Assembly: GCA_964531715.1 (NCBI GenBank)
Contig: CAZHEE010000003.1
Span: 34,989-98,988 of the forward strand
From: an uncultured Micavibrio sp.
GTDB taxonomy: Bacteria > Pseudomonadota > Alphaproteobacteria > Micavibrionales > UBA1664
Direction of reading: 5' to 3'
Length of the DNA stretch: 64,000 bases
Position 1 is the stretch's first letter. Each line of letters begins with the position of its first letter. The position numbers and the translations under genes were made by a program. Shown here piece after piece: positions 36,268 to 46,863 of the stretch. Under the pieces are notes generated by a model. It did not search any database. It was given only the letters and a program-made list of their open reading frames with translations, and was not told the origin of the DNA.

Positions 36268-36916
36268 AAACTCGGCGACAGTCAGCGCGATAGATCATCG
36301 CCTCTGGATGAAATTGCACGCCAAGATAATAGGCTTTGCGTTCATCCTCAACCGCCTGAATAACGCCGTTATCCTCAATCGCCGCCGTTTTTAAATTCTC
36401 ACCGATTTTGTCAATCGCTTGCTTATGCATGGAATTAACACTGACGCGGTTTTTTTGAAACAGGCTTGAAAGCAACGTGTTTTCAATTATCGTCATCGGC
36501 TTTCGAAAGAAAATATTGGCTAGCAACCCGCTTGGATAATCCGCCTTTTCGATCGCTTTTGATATATCAATATGGAGTGTACCGCCGCGGGCAACATTCA
36601 TCATCTGTGCCCCTCGGCATATTCCGAGTGCAGGAATATCTTGCTCCTCCGCAATTTCTAGCCAGCGCATTTCCATCACATCGCGCGGATGGTCATAGCG
36701 ATAATCGGGCTTAGGGTCAGAGGAAAACAGTGTCGGGTAAACATCCGTGCCGCCACCGATAATCAAACCATCTATATTTGTATCAAAATGTGGATTTTCA
36801 GAAGTCAGCTTGAGCGGCTTTCCCCCTGTCACCCAAATTGCAATCGCAATCAAATGATGCAACGGCGAAAAACGTTCAAGCGGCGCGCTATAGCCTATAA
36901 CCGGTTTTTCTCTCAT
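36233..36916 (-). CDS. class I glutamine amidotransferase-like gamma-glutamyl hydrolase (peptidase C26, PuuD-like)
   Basis: LIIGGGTDV, catalytic GICRGAQMMNVARGGTL, and GVQFHPE. Confidence 0.85.
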   Translation of the reverse strand: MREKPVIGYSAPLERFSPLHHLIAIAIWVTGGKPLKLTSENPHFDTNIDGLIIGGGTDVYPTLFSSDPKPDYRYDHPRDVMEMRWLEIAEEQDIPALGICRGAQMMNVARGGTLHIDISKAIEKADYPSGLLANIFFRKPMTIIENTLLSSLFQKNRVSVNSMHKQAIDKIGENLKTAAIEDNGVIQAVEDERKAYYLGVQFHPEAMIYRADCRRVFKSLVHAARNR

Positions 36917-36921
36917 CGCCT

Positions 36922-38238
36922 TTAATGTGATAATTCAGGGGGTAATTGACCATGTTTCATCAGATGGCTGAGAACAAAAAGGACGCCTAAGCCAACAAAG
37001 GGATCATCCTCAGGCGCGGCAGATTGCGCCGATGCGATTTCCCGCCGCATAATCTTAAGTGTATCAAATGCCTGCGCGATAGAGAGACTGCCGTCCAAGG
37101 CCTTATTCAATGATCGATAGGCCTGCATAAACTCGCCCTTCATGAGCGTGTCTTTAATCTTTGGCCATTCTTGTTCAAGCGCATCGAAATTAATGGCCTC
37201 ATCACGGAAAGCATCCAGCGCACCAAGTAAAGACACGCCTGATAGTTGCGTTTTATGCCCTATTTCGGCTTCGGACTTGTCAGTTACTTCGCCATTTACA
37301 AAAAGCTGATACAACTGCCATGGGAAATCGAGCCCGGACATTACAGAATGGTCAAGCCCTGACCAGAAGCGCGGATTGACCTCAATCATCATCGGGGTTT
37401 CATTCTCATCTCCATTCCACATGAAATCTATCTCGCACACGCCGTGCCAGCCGACCTGTTGCATCAGGCTCTCGGCAATCGGGTCAAAGAGGCTGTTATC
37501 GACCGTTTCGCGAACCGAGCCGGCACCCGTTTCAACCGGAAATTTTTGATTATTATAATAAACCATAGAGCTTACCAGTTTGCCCTGATCAAATAAGCCG
37601 CAAAAACAATAATCATCACCCGTGACTGCTTCCTGTATCACGATTTGTTTATCGGGATAGTGTTGCGTGAGTTTTTGATAGGCTTCAATCAGTGTTTCGG
37701 CAGAGCTAACCTTCTCAATCCCACGCCCGCCTACCTCATCAGGCGGTTTAATGAAGACAGGATAGTCCGTTTCCCCGGCGATATCACGAACCTCATCTTC
37801 AGATTGAGGGAGCCAGATTTGCGGGCTTTCAATCTCATAATCACGAAGTGTTTTTGCAAGATGGTCTTTCGGGTCAACAGCGTTAATTGCCTCAAAGGAC
37901 GGAACAGTGATTGTAATATATTCGGGAAACTGATCCGCATGTTCGGCAATCAACCGTGCCTCATAAAAAGAGGGCATCAGGACATATGGCCTGTCATCCT
38001 CTGGCTTAAAACGCTTAACGATATCTATAAGGTCTTTGATAAATTTTTCAGGGTTTTTTGATGGCTTGGCATAAAGCGCATACTCACTGACATGTTTGGA
38101 GAATGATAAAACAGTCATCTTCACATCATCACACCCGATAATTTCCGCGCCCTTTCGCCCAAGGGAATGGGCAATACGTAATGCAATCAGGCTTCGCCCA
38201 TGGGTAACAATCACACGTGCATTGAGAGGTTTAGTCAT
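36922..38238 (-). CDS. ATP-grasp family ligase of unknown substrate
   Basis: Pre-ATP-grasp N-terminus (VIVTHGRSLIALRIAHSLGRKGAEIIGCD). ATP-grasp core (YPVFIKPPDEVGGRGI, VIQEAVTGDDY, EIDFMWNGDENETPMMIEVNPRFW). Confidence 0.75.
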   Translation of the reverse strand: MTKPLNARVIVTHGRSLIALRIAHSLGRKGAEIIGCDDVKMTVLSFSKHVSEYALYAKPSKNPEKFIKDLIDIVKRFKPEDDRPYVLMPSFYEARLIAEHADQFPEYITITVPSFEAINAVDPKDHLAKTLRDYEIESPQIWLPQSEDEVRDIAGETDYPVFIKPPDEVGGRGIEKVSSAETLIEAYQKLTQHYPDKQIVIQEAVTGDDYCFCGLFDQGKLVSSMVYYNNQKFPVETGAGSVRETVDNSLFDPIAESLMQQVGWHGVCEIDFMWNGDENETPMMIEVNPRFWSGLDHSVMSGLDFPWQLYQLFVNGEVTDKSEAEIGHKTQLSGVSLLGALDAFRDEAINFDALEQEWPKIKDTLMKGEFMQAYRSLNKALDGSLSIAQAFDTLKIMRREIASAQSAAPEDDPFVGLGVLFVLSHLMKHGQLPPELSH

Positions 38239-38275
38239 TTAAAATCCTTTATCATTCCAATAGCTTAGCCGATTT

Positions 38276-39421
38276 TTAGTTCGCTTGTTCAAAAAATTGA
38301 TTGAGCGCATCGGCAATTACTTGTGCAATTTTCATTTGGTAGGCAGGATTTTGAAGCTTCTGCGCCTCATCCGTATTAGAGATAAAGCCTGTTTCAAGCA
38401 GGACTGACGGTGTATCAAAAGCGCGAAGCACAACAAAATTGGCGGAACGATGCGGATCATTCACCATCGGTATCTTATTTTTTCTAAAATTTTGAGTGAT
38501 TAAATTTGCAAAAGATTTTGATTTCTCACTATTTTCTCTCAATGCAATATCGGCAAGCATTGTAAATATTTCATTGTCCGAAGCCTGTATATCACCCTGC
38601 CCGCTCGCATTTTCTCGCGCGGCCAAGGCTGCCGCTTTCGGGTCGGAGGCCGTCTTGGCAAGTGTATAGACGCTTGCACCGGTGGTGGTGTCATTGCGCA
38701 TTGAATCGGCGTGTATGGACAGGAATAAGTCGGCCCTTGCATCCCGCGCCATTATTACCCGCTCATCCAAAGGAACAAAACGATCATTTTCCCGCGTTAG
38801 CCGAACGTCATAGCGATCTTGCGCCTTTAAAATCTCGGCGAGTTTAAGGGACAGACTCAGCACAATATCTTTTTCAAACAACCCTTGCGCATTCACCGCG
38901 CCTGGGTCATATCCGCCATGCCCGGGGTCAATCATAATGACGGGTTTATTCATTGAAAACGGCGTTTCCGTATGATGATTATGGTTTAAAACAAGCGTTC
39001 CGAATATATGATCTTTACCCCCACCAAAGTTATTATCTCTTGCTTTTAAGTCTATGATTAAATTGTAAATATTATCTTTTTGAAGTGTAAAAGCTTGCGT
39101 GATTGCATACGGCTCATTCAAACCAAATGACAGCTTCATCAACTTACTATCTATCGTTTCGCGTGCAAAAGATGTCACTGGCACTCTGACCTCAAAGGCT
39201 TGCGCCATTGCCAATGTCTTATGATTAACTATAATCTCAAGCTTTTGATTATCTTCATTCATCTCCGCTCGAAACTCAGGCGAACCTGTCATTTCTATCG
39301 TAAGCCTGATATCCCCATCGCCGCCCTCACGCGTATCAATTGACAGCAGGCTATCCGCCTTAACGGGCAAGGCAAACAGCCAAAGCAGAAAAAATAAAAT
39401 GGGTGCATGTATCTTTTTCAT
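38276..39421 (-). CDS. amiC: N-acetylmuramoyl-L-alanine amidase (AMIN domain plus amidase_3)
   Basis: Signal peptide MKKIHAPILFFLLWLFALPVKA. IMIDPGHGGYDPGA, SIHADS and ETGFISN motifs. Confidence 0.88.
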   Translation of the reverse strand: MKKIHAPILFFLLWLFALPVKADSLLSIDTREGGDGDIRLTIEMTGSPEFRAEMNEDNQKLEIIVNHKTLAMAQAFEVRVPVTSFARETIDSKLMKLSFGLNEPYAITQAFTLQKDNIYNLIIDLKARDNNFGGGKDHIFGTLVLNHNHHTETPFSMNKPVIMIDPGHGGYDPGAVNAQGLFEKDIVLSLSLKLAEILKAQDRYDVRLTRENDRFVPLDERVIMARDARADLFLSIHADSMRNDTTTGASVYTLAKTASDPKAAALAARENASGQGDIQASDNEIFTMLADIALRENSEKSKSFANLITQNFRKNKIPMVNDPHRSANFVVLRAFDTPSVLLETGFISNTDEAQKLQNPAYQMKIAQVIADALNQFFEQAN

Positions 39422-39764
39422 TGTGTCCTTTTCGATTTCAACGTAGTGTAGTTTCATCATTCGTGTAAAGCGACTTGTCAGTCAAAAAATTTGACCGGCA
39501 ATACATGGCAGATAAGAATTTAAAGGGTTTTTAAAACCGCCTGACCATTAAGATGCAGCTGTGCTGGTGCTCAAGTACGATTAATGTAAGCACTGATTCC
39601 ACGTTGCCGCTCTTGTAAGCAGGAAATAAATATGACATTTAAACCGAGGCGGGTGCATCCTATCCGTCGGTTGATTTGAAATACATGTTCGTCGCTTGCG
39701 TGGCTCACTCGGCCGGCAAATGCATCCCCCCTTATATTGAAGATATAAAGGAGTACGCGATATC

Positions 39765-42233
39765 ATGGCGGACCAACAAACAAAAACAAATCAAAGAAAA
39801 AATAACTCTAACAAAAATAACAAACAAAAATCCGACCATCACCGCAATGACAATAAGCTAAGGCTTTTTATTGACGCCTCAAAAAAGGAAGAAACGCGCG
39901 TTGTTGTTGCAAAAAACGGGCGTATAGAGGATTTAGAGGTTGAATCGCTTGTCCGCAAGCAGATTAAGGGTAATATCTACCTTGCCAAAGTGACACGGGT
40001 TGAGCCATCTTTGCAGGCCGCTTTCGTGAATTACGGTGGCAACCGTCATGGCTTCCTACCCTTTTCAGAAATTCACCCTGACTATTACCGTATACCGGTT
40101 GCAGACCGCGAACGTTTAATGGAAGAGCAAGCCGAGCTTGAACGCAAAGCCGCAGAGGAAGCGGCAAAAATTGCCGAGGAAGAAGATCGCAAGGCTGAGG
40201 AAGAAAATGCTCCCGCGTCATCCACTCAAGATGATGATGATGACAATGTTGTTGAAATTGAAGATGACGAGGCGGTCATTGAGGCCGGCGTTGAGGCGAG
40301 CGACTCCAATGATGACGCATCATCTGATGACTCTGAGAATGATGGGGACAATGAGAACGACTCAGACACTGACGAGAATAAAATTAATGGTCGCGGACGG
40401 CGCGGACGCTATGGCCGCCGTCGTAACGGGCGCAATAGTAACCGCAAACATGCCGCAGCACGCAATAATGGTGACAGCATCAGTGAAGATGACGATGAAC
40501 TGAATGTCGAGCCATTCTGGAAACGGATGCGCCGCGCCTATAAAATTCAGGAAGTTATTAAACGCGGGCAAATCGTCCTTATTCAGGTGGGTAAAGAAGA
40601 GCGCGGCAATAAAGGGGCCGCGGTCACGACTTACATCACTCTGCCGGGTCGCTATTGTGTGCTTATGCCTAACACACCTCAATCAGGCGGGGTGAGCCGT
40701 AAAATCTCAAATTACAAGGATCGTAAGCGTATGCGCGATATCCTGAAAGATTTGAATGTTCCACAAGGTATGTCAGTGATTTTGAGAACGGCAGGAACCC
40801 AGCGGACAAAGGCAGAGATTAAGCGTGATCTCGATTACCTGATGCGGCTTTGGAATAATGCACGCGATCTAACCTTGCAATCAACGGCCCCTGCCTTAAT
40901 AAATGAGGAAGGCAGCCTCATTCGCCGCGCCATTCGTGACATTTATAATAAAGATATTCATGAAGTTATCGTGAGCGGGGCAGATGGGTATAAAACAGCG
41001 CATAACATGATGAAAATGTTAATGCCATCGCACGCGAAAAAGGTTGTTCAATATAAAGAAGAAACACCGCTTTTCATCACAGAACATCTGGAAAAGCAAA
41101 TTGAGGCCATTCATTCCCCTCAAGTTGAGCTGAAATCAGGCGGCTATCTTGTTATTAATCCAACGGAAGCTTTAGTTTCGGTTGATGTGAACTCGGGTCG
41201 TTCAACGAAAGAACGCAATATTGACGATACGGCACTCAGAACAAATATCGAGGCGGCGGAGGAAATTGCACGACAATTAAAACTGCGCGACCTTGGCGGC
41301 TTGGTTGTAATTGATTTTATCGATATGGAAAATCGCCGCTTTAACGGAAAGGTTGAACGCGCCATGCGTGATGCCCTTGCCGGTGATCGTGCACGTATTC
41401 AAATCGGGCGGATTTCGTCCTTCGGCCTGATGGAAATGTCGCGCCAGCGTCTGCACCCGTCTTTGACCGAAACTCATTTTGAGACCTGCCCGCATTGTCA
41501 CGGTATGGGGATTGTAAAAACGGTTGATACGCTCGCGCTTTCTATTCTTCGTGGTATTGAGGAGCAAGCCTTAACGCAAGGTGATAGCTATATGACGATT
41601 ACTTTGTCCAATAAGGCGGCTCTATATCTTTTCAATCATTATCGCCATGCGATAACGAGTTTAGAACAGCGTTATAATCTCTCCATTACATTTGATGTCG
41701 GCGAGGTTGAGGATGAAAGTGGTTTCACACTTGAGCATAAGCCAAAACCCGCCGATGACATTCAGGCTGATGAGGATGATAACGATGAAGCAATAGCTGA
41801 GGATACTCAAAACACTATTGTTGATAAGGCTGAAGACTCAAACGAGAAAGAGGAGAAAGACGACAAGCCGAAATCCTCAAATTCTCGTGGTCGCCGTCGT
41901 AAGAAGAAAACGGACGATGAGCCTCAAGCCGAAAAGCCAGAGGAGAAAAAGCCGGAAGAAGAGGCAGAGATAAAAGAAACCAAAAAGCCTGTTGCGAAAA
42001 AACCGCGCAAATCTTCTGCCAAACCTCAAAAGATAGCGATTGAAGAGAAGGCTGACGCATCTCAAAAAGAGGAGAAAAATTTAGAGCCAGCGAAACCTGT
42101 TGAAACGGTTGAGGTCTCAACCGATGCAACGAATGACAACGGGAATGAGGATGCTTCCGATAAAAAAGAGGAAGTCGTGAACCAAAAACCCGAAAAAAAG
42201 AAAAAAGGTTGGTGGAATAAACTCTCAAGCTAG
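39765..42233 (+). CDS. rne: ribonuclease E
   Basis: S1 domain [36 protein letters not shown]. Catalytic core ([20 protein letters not shown]). Zn-link CPHCHG. Acidic/Arg-rich insert and a Lys/Glu-rich tail. Confidence 0.93.
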   Translation: MADQQTKTNQRKNNSNKNNKQKSDHHRNDNKLRLFIDASKKEETRVVVAKNGRIEDLEVESLVRKQIKGNIYLAKVTRVEPSLQAAFVNYGGNRHGFLPFSEIHPDYYRIPVADRERLMEEQAELERKAAEEAAKIAEEEDRKAEEENAPASSTQDDDDDNVVEIEDDEAVIEAGVEASDSNDDASSDDSENDGDNENDSDTDENKINGRGRRGRYGRRRNGRNSNRKHAAARNNGDSISEDDDELNVEPFWKRMRRAYKIQEVIKRGQIVLIQVGKEERGNKGAAVTTYITLPGRYCVLMPNTPQSGGVSRKISNYKDRKRMRDILKDLNVPQGMSVILRTAGTQRTKAEIKRDLDYLMRLWNNARDLTLQSTAPALINEEGSLIRRAIRDIYNKDIHEVIVSGADGYKTAHNMMKMLMPSHAKKVVQYKEETPLFITEHLEKQIEAIHSPQVELKSGGYLVINPTEALVSVDVNSGRSTKERNIDDTALRTNIEAAEEIARQLKLRDLGGLVVIDFIDMENRRFNGKVERAMRDALAGDRARIQIGRISSFGLMEMSRQRLHPSLTETHFETCPHCHGMGIVKTVDTLALSILRGIEEQALTQGDSYMTITLSNKAALYLFNHYRHAITSLEQRYNLSITFDVGEVEDESGFTLEHKPKPADDIQADEDDNDEAIAEDTQNTIVDKAEDSNEKEEKDDKPKSSNSRGRRRKKKTDDEPQAEKPEEKKPEEEAEIKETKKPVAKKPRKSSAKPQKIAIEEKADASQKEEKNLEPAKPVETVEVSTDATNDNGNEDASDKKEEVVNQKPEKKKKGWWNKLSS

Positions 42234-42249
42234 AGAGTTTATTTTTTTT
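42218..42249 (+). terminator. rho-independent terminator of rne
   Basis: TAAACTCTC-AAGCTA-GAGAGTTTA followed by TTTTTTTT. The stem overlaps the stop codon. Confidence 0.8.
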
Positions 42250-42301
42250 ATCGCTTTATTAGCAGGTATAGAATTTATCATTTCGAGGGAGTAACACGAT
42301 C

Positions 42302-42344
42302 GCGGCAATCCATACGGTCTCTCCAGCATCGTATGGATTGCCGC
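42302..42344. repeat. perfect 15-bp-stem hairpin carrying the GCGGCAATCCATAC motif
   Basis: GCGGCAATCCATACG-13 nt-CGTATGGATTGCCGC. The same GCGGCAATCCATAC string occurs inside hisS at 59387-59400. Confidence 0.7.
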
Positions 42345-42426
42345 CAACATAAAAGCGCCATTCACACCCCTAGGGGAACCAATAGAAATTAGCGGGATGA
42401 TCAACAAACATGAAGGAGGGCTGGAC

Positions 42427-43998
42427 ATGCCTAAAGTACTGATAAGCGATAAAATGGCGGCGGCGGCCGAACAGATTTTTAAAGATAACGGCATTGACGT
42501 AGACGTTATCACAGGCCAATTACCTGAAGAATTAAAGGCCATTATCGGGCAGTATGACGGGCTTGCCATTCGTTCCTCCACCAAAGTCACAACCGAAATT
42601 CTTGATGCCGCGACTAACCTCAAGGTTATTGGCCGGGCCGGTATCGGTGTCGATAATGTTGACATACCCCAAGCCACACAAAAAGGTGTGATTGTCATGA
42701 ATACACCCTTCGGCAACAGTGTCACCACGGCGGAGCATACGATTGCCATGATGATGGCGCTCGCGCGTTCCATCCCTCAGGCAAACGCATCAACCCATGC
42801 AGGTAAGTGGGAGAAGTCAAAATTCACAGGCGTTGAGCTTTCAGGCAAAACTCTTGGCGTGATCGGATGCGGTAATATAGGTGCGATTGTCATTAGCCGC
42901 GCCCAAGGGCTCGCCATGAAAGTTATCGGCTATGACCCCTTTTTAACCGAAGAACGCGCAACGGAATTAGGTATTCAAAAAGTAAGCCTTGAAAAGCTTT
43001 ATGCCCGTGCAGATTTTATTACGCTTCATGTGCCAAAGACGGAAACAACCGCCAATATGATCAACGCTCAAGCCTTTGCAACCATGAAAGATGGCGTGCG
43101 CATTATCAATGTTGCACGGGGCGGCTTAATTAATGAGGTTGACCTGCTGGACGCGCTGAATAATGGTAAAGTCGCAGGCGCGGCGCTGGATGTTTTTGCC
43201 GAAGAGCCGGCGAAAGAGAACGCTCTTTTTGGACATGAAAAAGTGATTTGTACGCCTCACTTGGGCGCAAGCACTGTTGAGGCTCAGGATAATGTCGCGA
43301 TACAGGTGGCGGAACAACTTTCTGCCTATTTAAATAATGGTGTTGTGACAAATGCGCTTAATATGCCTTCAGTCAGTGCAGAAGATGCGCCGAAACTGAA
43401 ACCATACATGTTGCTTGCCGAGCAACTGGGCGCGATGGTTGGGCAAATCACGGATACGGCAATCAAGTCCGTTACAATAGAATATAGTGGTGCTGCGGCG
43501 CATGTGAATAATAAACCGCTCACCGCCCTTATTATTGCCAACATCCTGAAAGCCTCCATGGAAGAGGTAAACATCGTTTCCGCCCCTGCCATTGCGGAAA
43601 GTCGCGGCATTAAGATGGCAACAACCACGCTTGAGCAGACAGACCTGCCGACATCTATTCGTGTTATGGTGAAAACCGAACAGCGCAACAAGGAAGTCAC
43701 AGGAACATTATTTGCAGGTCAGCCGCGTATTGTCTCTATTGACCATGTGGGAATCGAGGTTACGCTTTCGCCAACCATGCTGTTTATTCGTAATGACGAT
43801 AAGCCGGGATTGATTGGCGCGGTCGGAACAATCCTCGGCGAAAATGATATCAACATTGCGGATTTCCGACTTGGGCGCGTTGATGGGAAAGAAGAGGCCG
43901 TTGCAATTGTCGCGGTTGATGGTGATATTGCAGATAACGCCCTAGCAAAGCTCAAGGCCTTACCATCGGTGCAACAATTAAAGCAACTCCGCTTTTAA
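42427..43998 (+). CDS. serA: D-3-phosphoglycerate dehydrogenase (long form with ASB and ACT domains)
   Basis: MPKVLISDK start after a GAAGGAGGG RBS. NAD motif [10 protein letters not shown]-terminal ACT region ([21 protein letters not shown]). Confidence 0.92.
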   Translation: MPKVLISDKMAAAAEQIFKDNGIDVDVITGQLPEELKAIIGQYDGLAIRSSTKVTTEILDAATNLKVIGRAGIGVDNVDIPQATQKGVIVMNTPFGNSVTTAEHTIAMMMALARSIPQANASTHAGKWEKSKFTGVELSGKTLGVIGCGNIGAIVISRAQGLAMKVIGYDPFLTEERATELGIQKVSLEKLYARADFITLHVPKTETTANMINAQAFATMKDGVRIINVARGGLINEVDLLDALNNGKVAGAALDVFAEEPAKENALFGHEKVICTPHLGASTVEAQDNVAIQVAEQLSAYLNNGVVTNALNMPSVSAEDAPKLKPYMLLAEQLGAMVGQITDTAIKSVTIEYSGAAAHVNNKPLTALIIANILKASMEEVNIVSAPAIAESRGIKMATTTLEQTDLPTSIRVMVKTEQRNKEVTGTLFAGQPRIVSIDHVGIEVTLSPTMLFIRNDDKPGLIGAVGTILGENDINIADFRLGRVDGKEEAVAIVAVDGDIADNALAKLKALPSVQQLKQLRF

Positions 43999-44009
43999 GG
44001 TTTGATTTA

Positions 44010-44627
44010 ATGATGGGTATTATTACGAAAATTCAGGATGTAACGCATAATATCCGTATCCTGACCATTCAAATGGATGGGGCGGAACCTTATCGTTTTA
44101 CGGCAGGGCAATATACGACACTCTCCGTTGATGGGTTTGAAGCGCGCCCCTTCTCGATTGCCAGCGCACCGCGAGATGACAACAGTTTCGATATTCATAT
44201 TCGTAATTCTGGTTACAATATTAGTGACAGGCTTTGCACTGATGCGAAAATATGTGATGCGGTTGAAGTCGGACAAGCGCAAGGGTCTTTGGCACTTCAT
44301 AAGAATAAAAACCATCATATTTTTATTGCTGGCGGCACAGGAATTACGCCCTTTCTCTCTATTTTAGAAGCTCATCCGAATATAAGAGGGCAACTTTATT
44401 GGGGCATGCAAAGCACACATGACTTTTACATTCAACCGACTTACGACAATTTAGAGATCTTTTATTGCACCGATATTTATCCGATTGACGCGTTTTTGGA
44501 TAAAAAAGATCAGATAATAAAAGATTATAGTGTCTATCTCAGTGGACCACCTGCGATGGTTCAAGATTCAAAAGCAAAGCTTTTGGCTTTTGGGTATGAA
44601 GAAGAAAATATTATTTATGATAGGTAA
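44010..44627 (+). CDS. ferredoxin-NADP reductase-like FAD/NAD(P)-binding oxidoreductase
   Basis: FAD motif RPFSIAS and NAD(P) motif IAGGTGITP; 205 aa. Confidence 0.75.
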   Translation: MMGIITKIQDVTHNIRILTIQMDGAEPYRFTAGQYTTLSVDGFEARPFSIASAPRDDNSFDIHIRNSGYNISDRLCTDAKICDAVEVGQAQGSLALHKNKNHHIFIAGGTGITPFLSILEAHPNIRGQLYWGMQSTHDFYIQPTYDNLEIFYCTDIYPIDAFLDKKDQIIKDYSVYLSGPPAMVQDSKAKLLAFGYEEENIIYDR

Positions 44628-44723
44628 GATATTTAAGGGACTTATATACTTAACTAGCCAAAAATAACTTGACTATCCATTAAATTTTGGCTAGTATATT
44701 ATTATATTAACAAGGATATAATA

Positions 44724-45650
44724 ATGGATAAGCCCGAAACACTAAGTCTTTACGAATTTTTTCAACAATTTCCGAATGAGGAATCAGCAAGACAATACTT
44801 TGAAACAAAGCGTTGGGGTGACACACCGCATTGTGCTCATTGCGGTTCTGTTGAAGTATCAGAATGTAAAGATCTCAAGCCAATGCCATATCGTTGTAAA
44901 GCTTGCCGTAAACATTTTAGCGTTCGTACTGGCACAGTATTGGCGGAATCACGCTTGCCATTACACAAATGGTTAATGGCTATCTATATGCTTACAACGG
45001 CTCGTAAGGGCTTACCATCCACACAAATGGCAAAAGAATTGGGCGTTACTCAAAAAACAGCATGGTTTTTAGCGCAAAGAATCCGTGAAACTTGGACGAA
45101 TAATAAGGACAATAACAAAGGCAATCACATTCAAGTTGATGAAACATATGTAGGCGGAAAAGAAAGCAACAAACACGCATCTAAAAAATTGCGTCAAGGA
45201 CGTGGTTCTATTGGCAAGACAGCCGTTATCGGTTCAATTAATGAAAACTGCAAAGTAAATGCAAAGGTGACACAGGATGTTAAACGTCAATCATTACATG
45301 GCTTTGTATCTGATAGCGCGAATAAGGGCGCAACGGTTGTAACTGATAACTTTCCTGCATATCGTGGTTTAAATAACCGTGGTTACGCTCACAAAGTTGT
45401 AAATCACTCCGTAGGCGAATACATTCGCAATAATGCACATACAAACGGCATTGAGAGCTTTTGGGCTTTATTGAAACGTGGTTACTATGGTGTTTATCAT
45501 TACATGAGTGCAAAGCACCTAAACAGATACGTTAATGAATTTTCGTTCCGCCACAATACAGCACAAATTGGCACTATGGACTTCATCGGAATGACAATCG
45601 AGAGAATGAACAACAAACGACTAACATACAAGGAATTGATAAATGGCTAA
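44724..45650 (+). CDS. IS1595-family (ISXO2-like) DDE transposase with an N-terminal zinc ribbon
   Basis: CAHCGS...YRCKACRKHFSVRTGT zinc ribbon, HTH (STQMAKELGVTQKTAWFL), QVDETYVGGKE, TDNFPAYRGL, and HTNGIESFWALLKRGYYGVYHYMSAKHLNRYVNEFSFRHN. Confidence 0.9.
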   Translation: MDKPETLSLYEFFQQFPNEESARQYFETKRWGDTPHCAHCGSVEVSECKDLKPMPYRCKACRKHFSVRTGTVLAESRLPLHKWLMAIYMLTTARKGLPSTQMAKELGVTQKTAWFLAQRIRETWTNNKDNNKGNHIQVDETYVGGKESNKHASKKLRQGRGSIGKTAVIGSINENCKVNAKVTQDVKRQSLHGFVSDSANKGATVVTDNFPAYRGLNNRGYAHKVVNHSVGEYIRNNAHTNGIESFWALLKRGYYGVYHYMSAKHLNRYVNEFSFRHNTAQIGTMDFIGMTIERMNNKRLTYKELING

Positions 45651-46689
45651 AAAAGATGGAATTGAACCTATTGACGACGATTTTGATAACGTTGTTGAAG
45701 CGGTAGTAACACCAGAGAAAGGCTTAAAGGAAATCACCTCTAAAGCTAGCAAAATAAAGGCTTTAGCACCAAAATCAGGCAGTAAGGAAATCAGCTCACA
45801 AGCTAGCCTAAATTTAGGCATCGATGTTGAGCGAGAAGTTAATGGAATAGGCATGGGTGTTCTAGGTGATGGGACGCCTTACCTAAACCAACGTGGTCTA
45901 GCGGCTTTATGTGGTGTTCAAAACGCTCACATAGGAACTATTAGTTCACAATGGAATGAAGAGCCGTTAAAACCTCGAATCGCCTCAATTAAAAAGGTGT
46001 TAGAAAAAGCAGGATATTTTACTAGTTCAGCGCATATTGAAATTGAGCATAAAGGAATTACGCATTTTTGTTACCCAGCAGAAGTTTGTTTAGCAATTCT
46101 TGAATATTACTCCTTTGATGCGGGGGCAAATTGCCAACCTCAGGCAAGAGATAACTATAGAATTTTGGCTGGCACACAGTTACGCGAAATGATTTATAGC
46201 CAAGTTGGCTATGACCCAACTGGCCGCTATAAAGACCGCTTTGAAAAATGGCACGAAAGAATTGAGTTAAATCATCAATCTGCTCCAAAGGGCTTTTTCT
46301 CCGTATTCAACGAAGCGCACACAATAATCTATGAAATGATCCAAGCAGGTGCCGACATTGGCGAAAAAACAATCGTTGATATATCTATAGGAAAACATTG
46401 GGGACCGTATTGGGATAAAAATGGTTTAGCCACTCAATATGGGGCAAGAATTAAATACCCGCATAGATACCCAGACTCGCATCCGCAGGCAAAAAGCAAT
46501 CCGCAAGAGGCTTGGTGCTATCCTTTGGCAGCTCTAGGGCATTATAGGGAGTGGTTGCAAAACACTTACATTGAGCAAGGAAAATTTGCGAAATATATTG
46601 ATGGCAAGGTTAAGAAAAAAGAATTACCGCCATCTGTGGCGCAATTAGCTGTTGCGGCAGTAGAGCAAAATTTAATCGAGGGGTCTTAA
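45643..46689 (+). CDS. IS passenger protein; tentative P63C/Bro-like phage-type DNA-binding protein
   Basis: Overlaps the transposase stop by 8 nt. GVLGDGTPYLNQRGLAALCGV resembles the GVLSDGTRVLTQRG pattern I recall from P63C-domain proteins. This assignment is from memory only. Confidence 0.6.
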   Translation: MAKKDGIEPIDDDFDNVVEAVVTPEKGLKEITSKASKIKALAPKSGSKEISSQASLNLGIDVEREVNGIGMGVLGDGTPYLNQRGLAALCGVQNAHIGTISSQWNEEPLKPRIASIKKVLEKAGYFTSSAHIEIEHKGITHFCYPAEVCLAILEYYSFDAGANCQPQARDNYRILAGTQLREMIYSQVGYDPTGRYKDRFEKWHERIELNHQSAPKGFFSVFNEAHTIIYEMIQAGADIGEKTIVDISIGKHWGPYWDKNGLATQYGARIKYPHRYPDSHPQAKSNPQEAWCYPLAALGHYREWLQNTYIEQGKFAKYIDGKVKKKELPPSVAQLAVAAVEQNLIEGS

Positions 46690-46701
46690 CCCCTCTTTTT
46701 T
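46678..46701 (+). terminator. rho-independent terminator inside the IS right end
   Basis: GAGGGGT-CTTA-ACCCCTC followed by TTTTTT. It overlaps the passenger stop codon. Confidence 0.75.
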
Positions 46702-46741
46702 AACTTAAATGGCTAATTAAGTATATAGATCCCATATTTAA

Positions 46742-46812
46742 CTATGAGTAGGATGAGGAATATGATTTTTAATGACTAAAAATACTCCTCATACACTTTA
46801 TTACTCATAGTT
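46742..46812. repeat. long imperfect hairpin adjoining the IS insertion site
   Basis: CTATGAGTA..ATGAGGAATAT ... ATACTCCTCAT..TACTCATAG. Confidence 0.45.
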
Positions 46813-46863
46813 TAAAAAATCACTAAGACTTTCTATTTCACTTAAAACACTTATCTTTACATC

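Larger units (their letters stand above)
44637..46733 (+). mobile_element. IS1595-family insertion sequence (2097 bp) with a passenger gene; apparently intact
   Basis: IRL GGGACTTATATACTTAACTAGCCA (44637-) against the reverse complement of IRR, GGGATCTATATACTTAATTAGCCA (-46733), 21/24 identical. Perfect 8-bp direct repeats ATATTTAA at 44629-44636 and 46734-46741. Confidence 0.9.

Noticed and set aside
42225-42773. 182-aa ORF antisense to serA. Similar long antisense ORFs occur at 3852..4322 (in polA), 22051..22554 (in a glycosyltransferase gene), 26362..26847 (in the EVE gene), 37645..38061 (in the ATP-grasp gene), 41815..42228 (in rne) and 46963..47352 (in recR).
   Set aside because: Each lies entirely within, and opposite to, a gene with strong family signatures. 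They have low-complexity or odd composition and no RBS. They are typical shadow ORFs.
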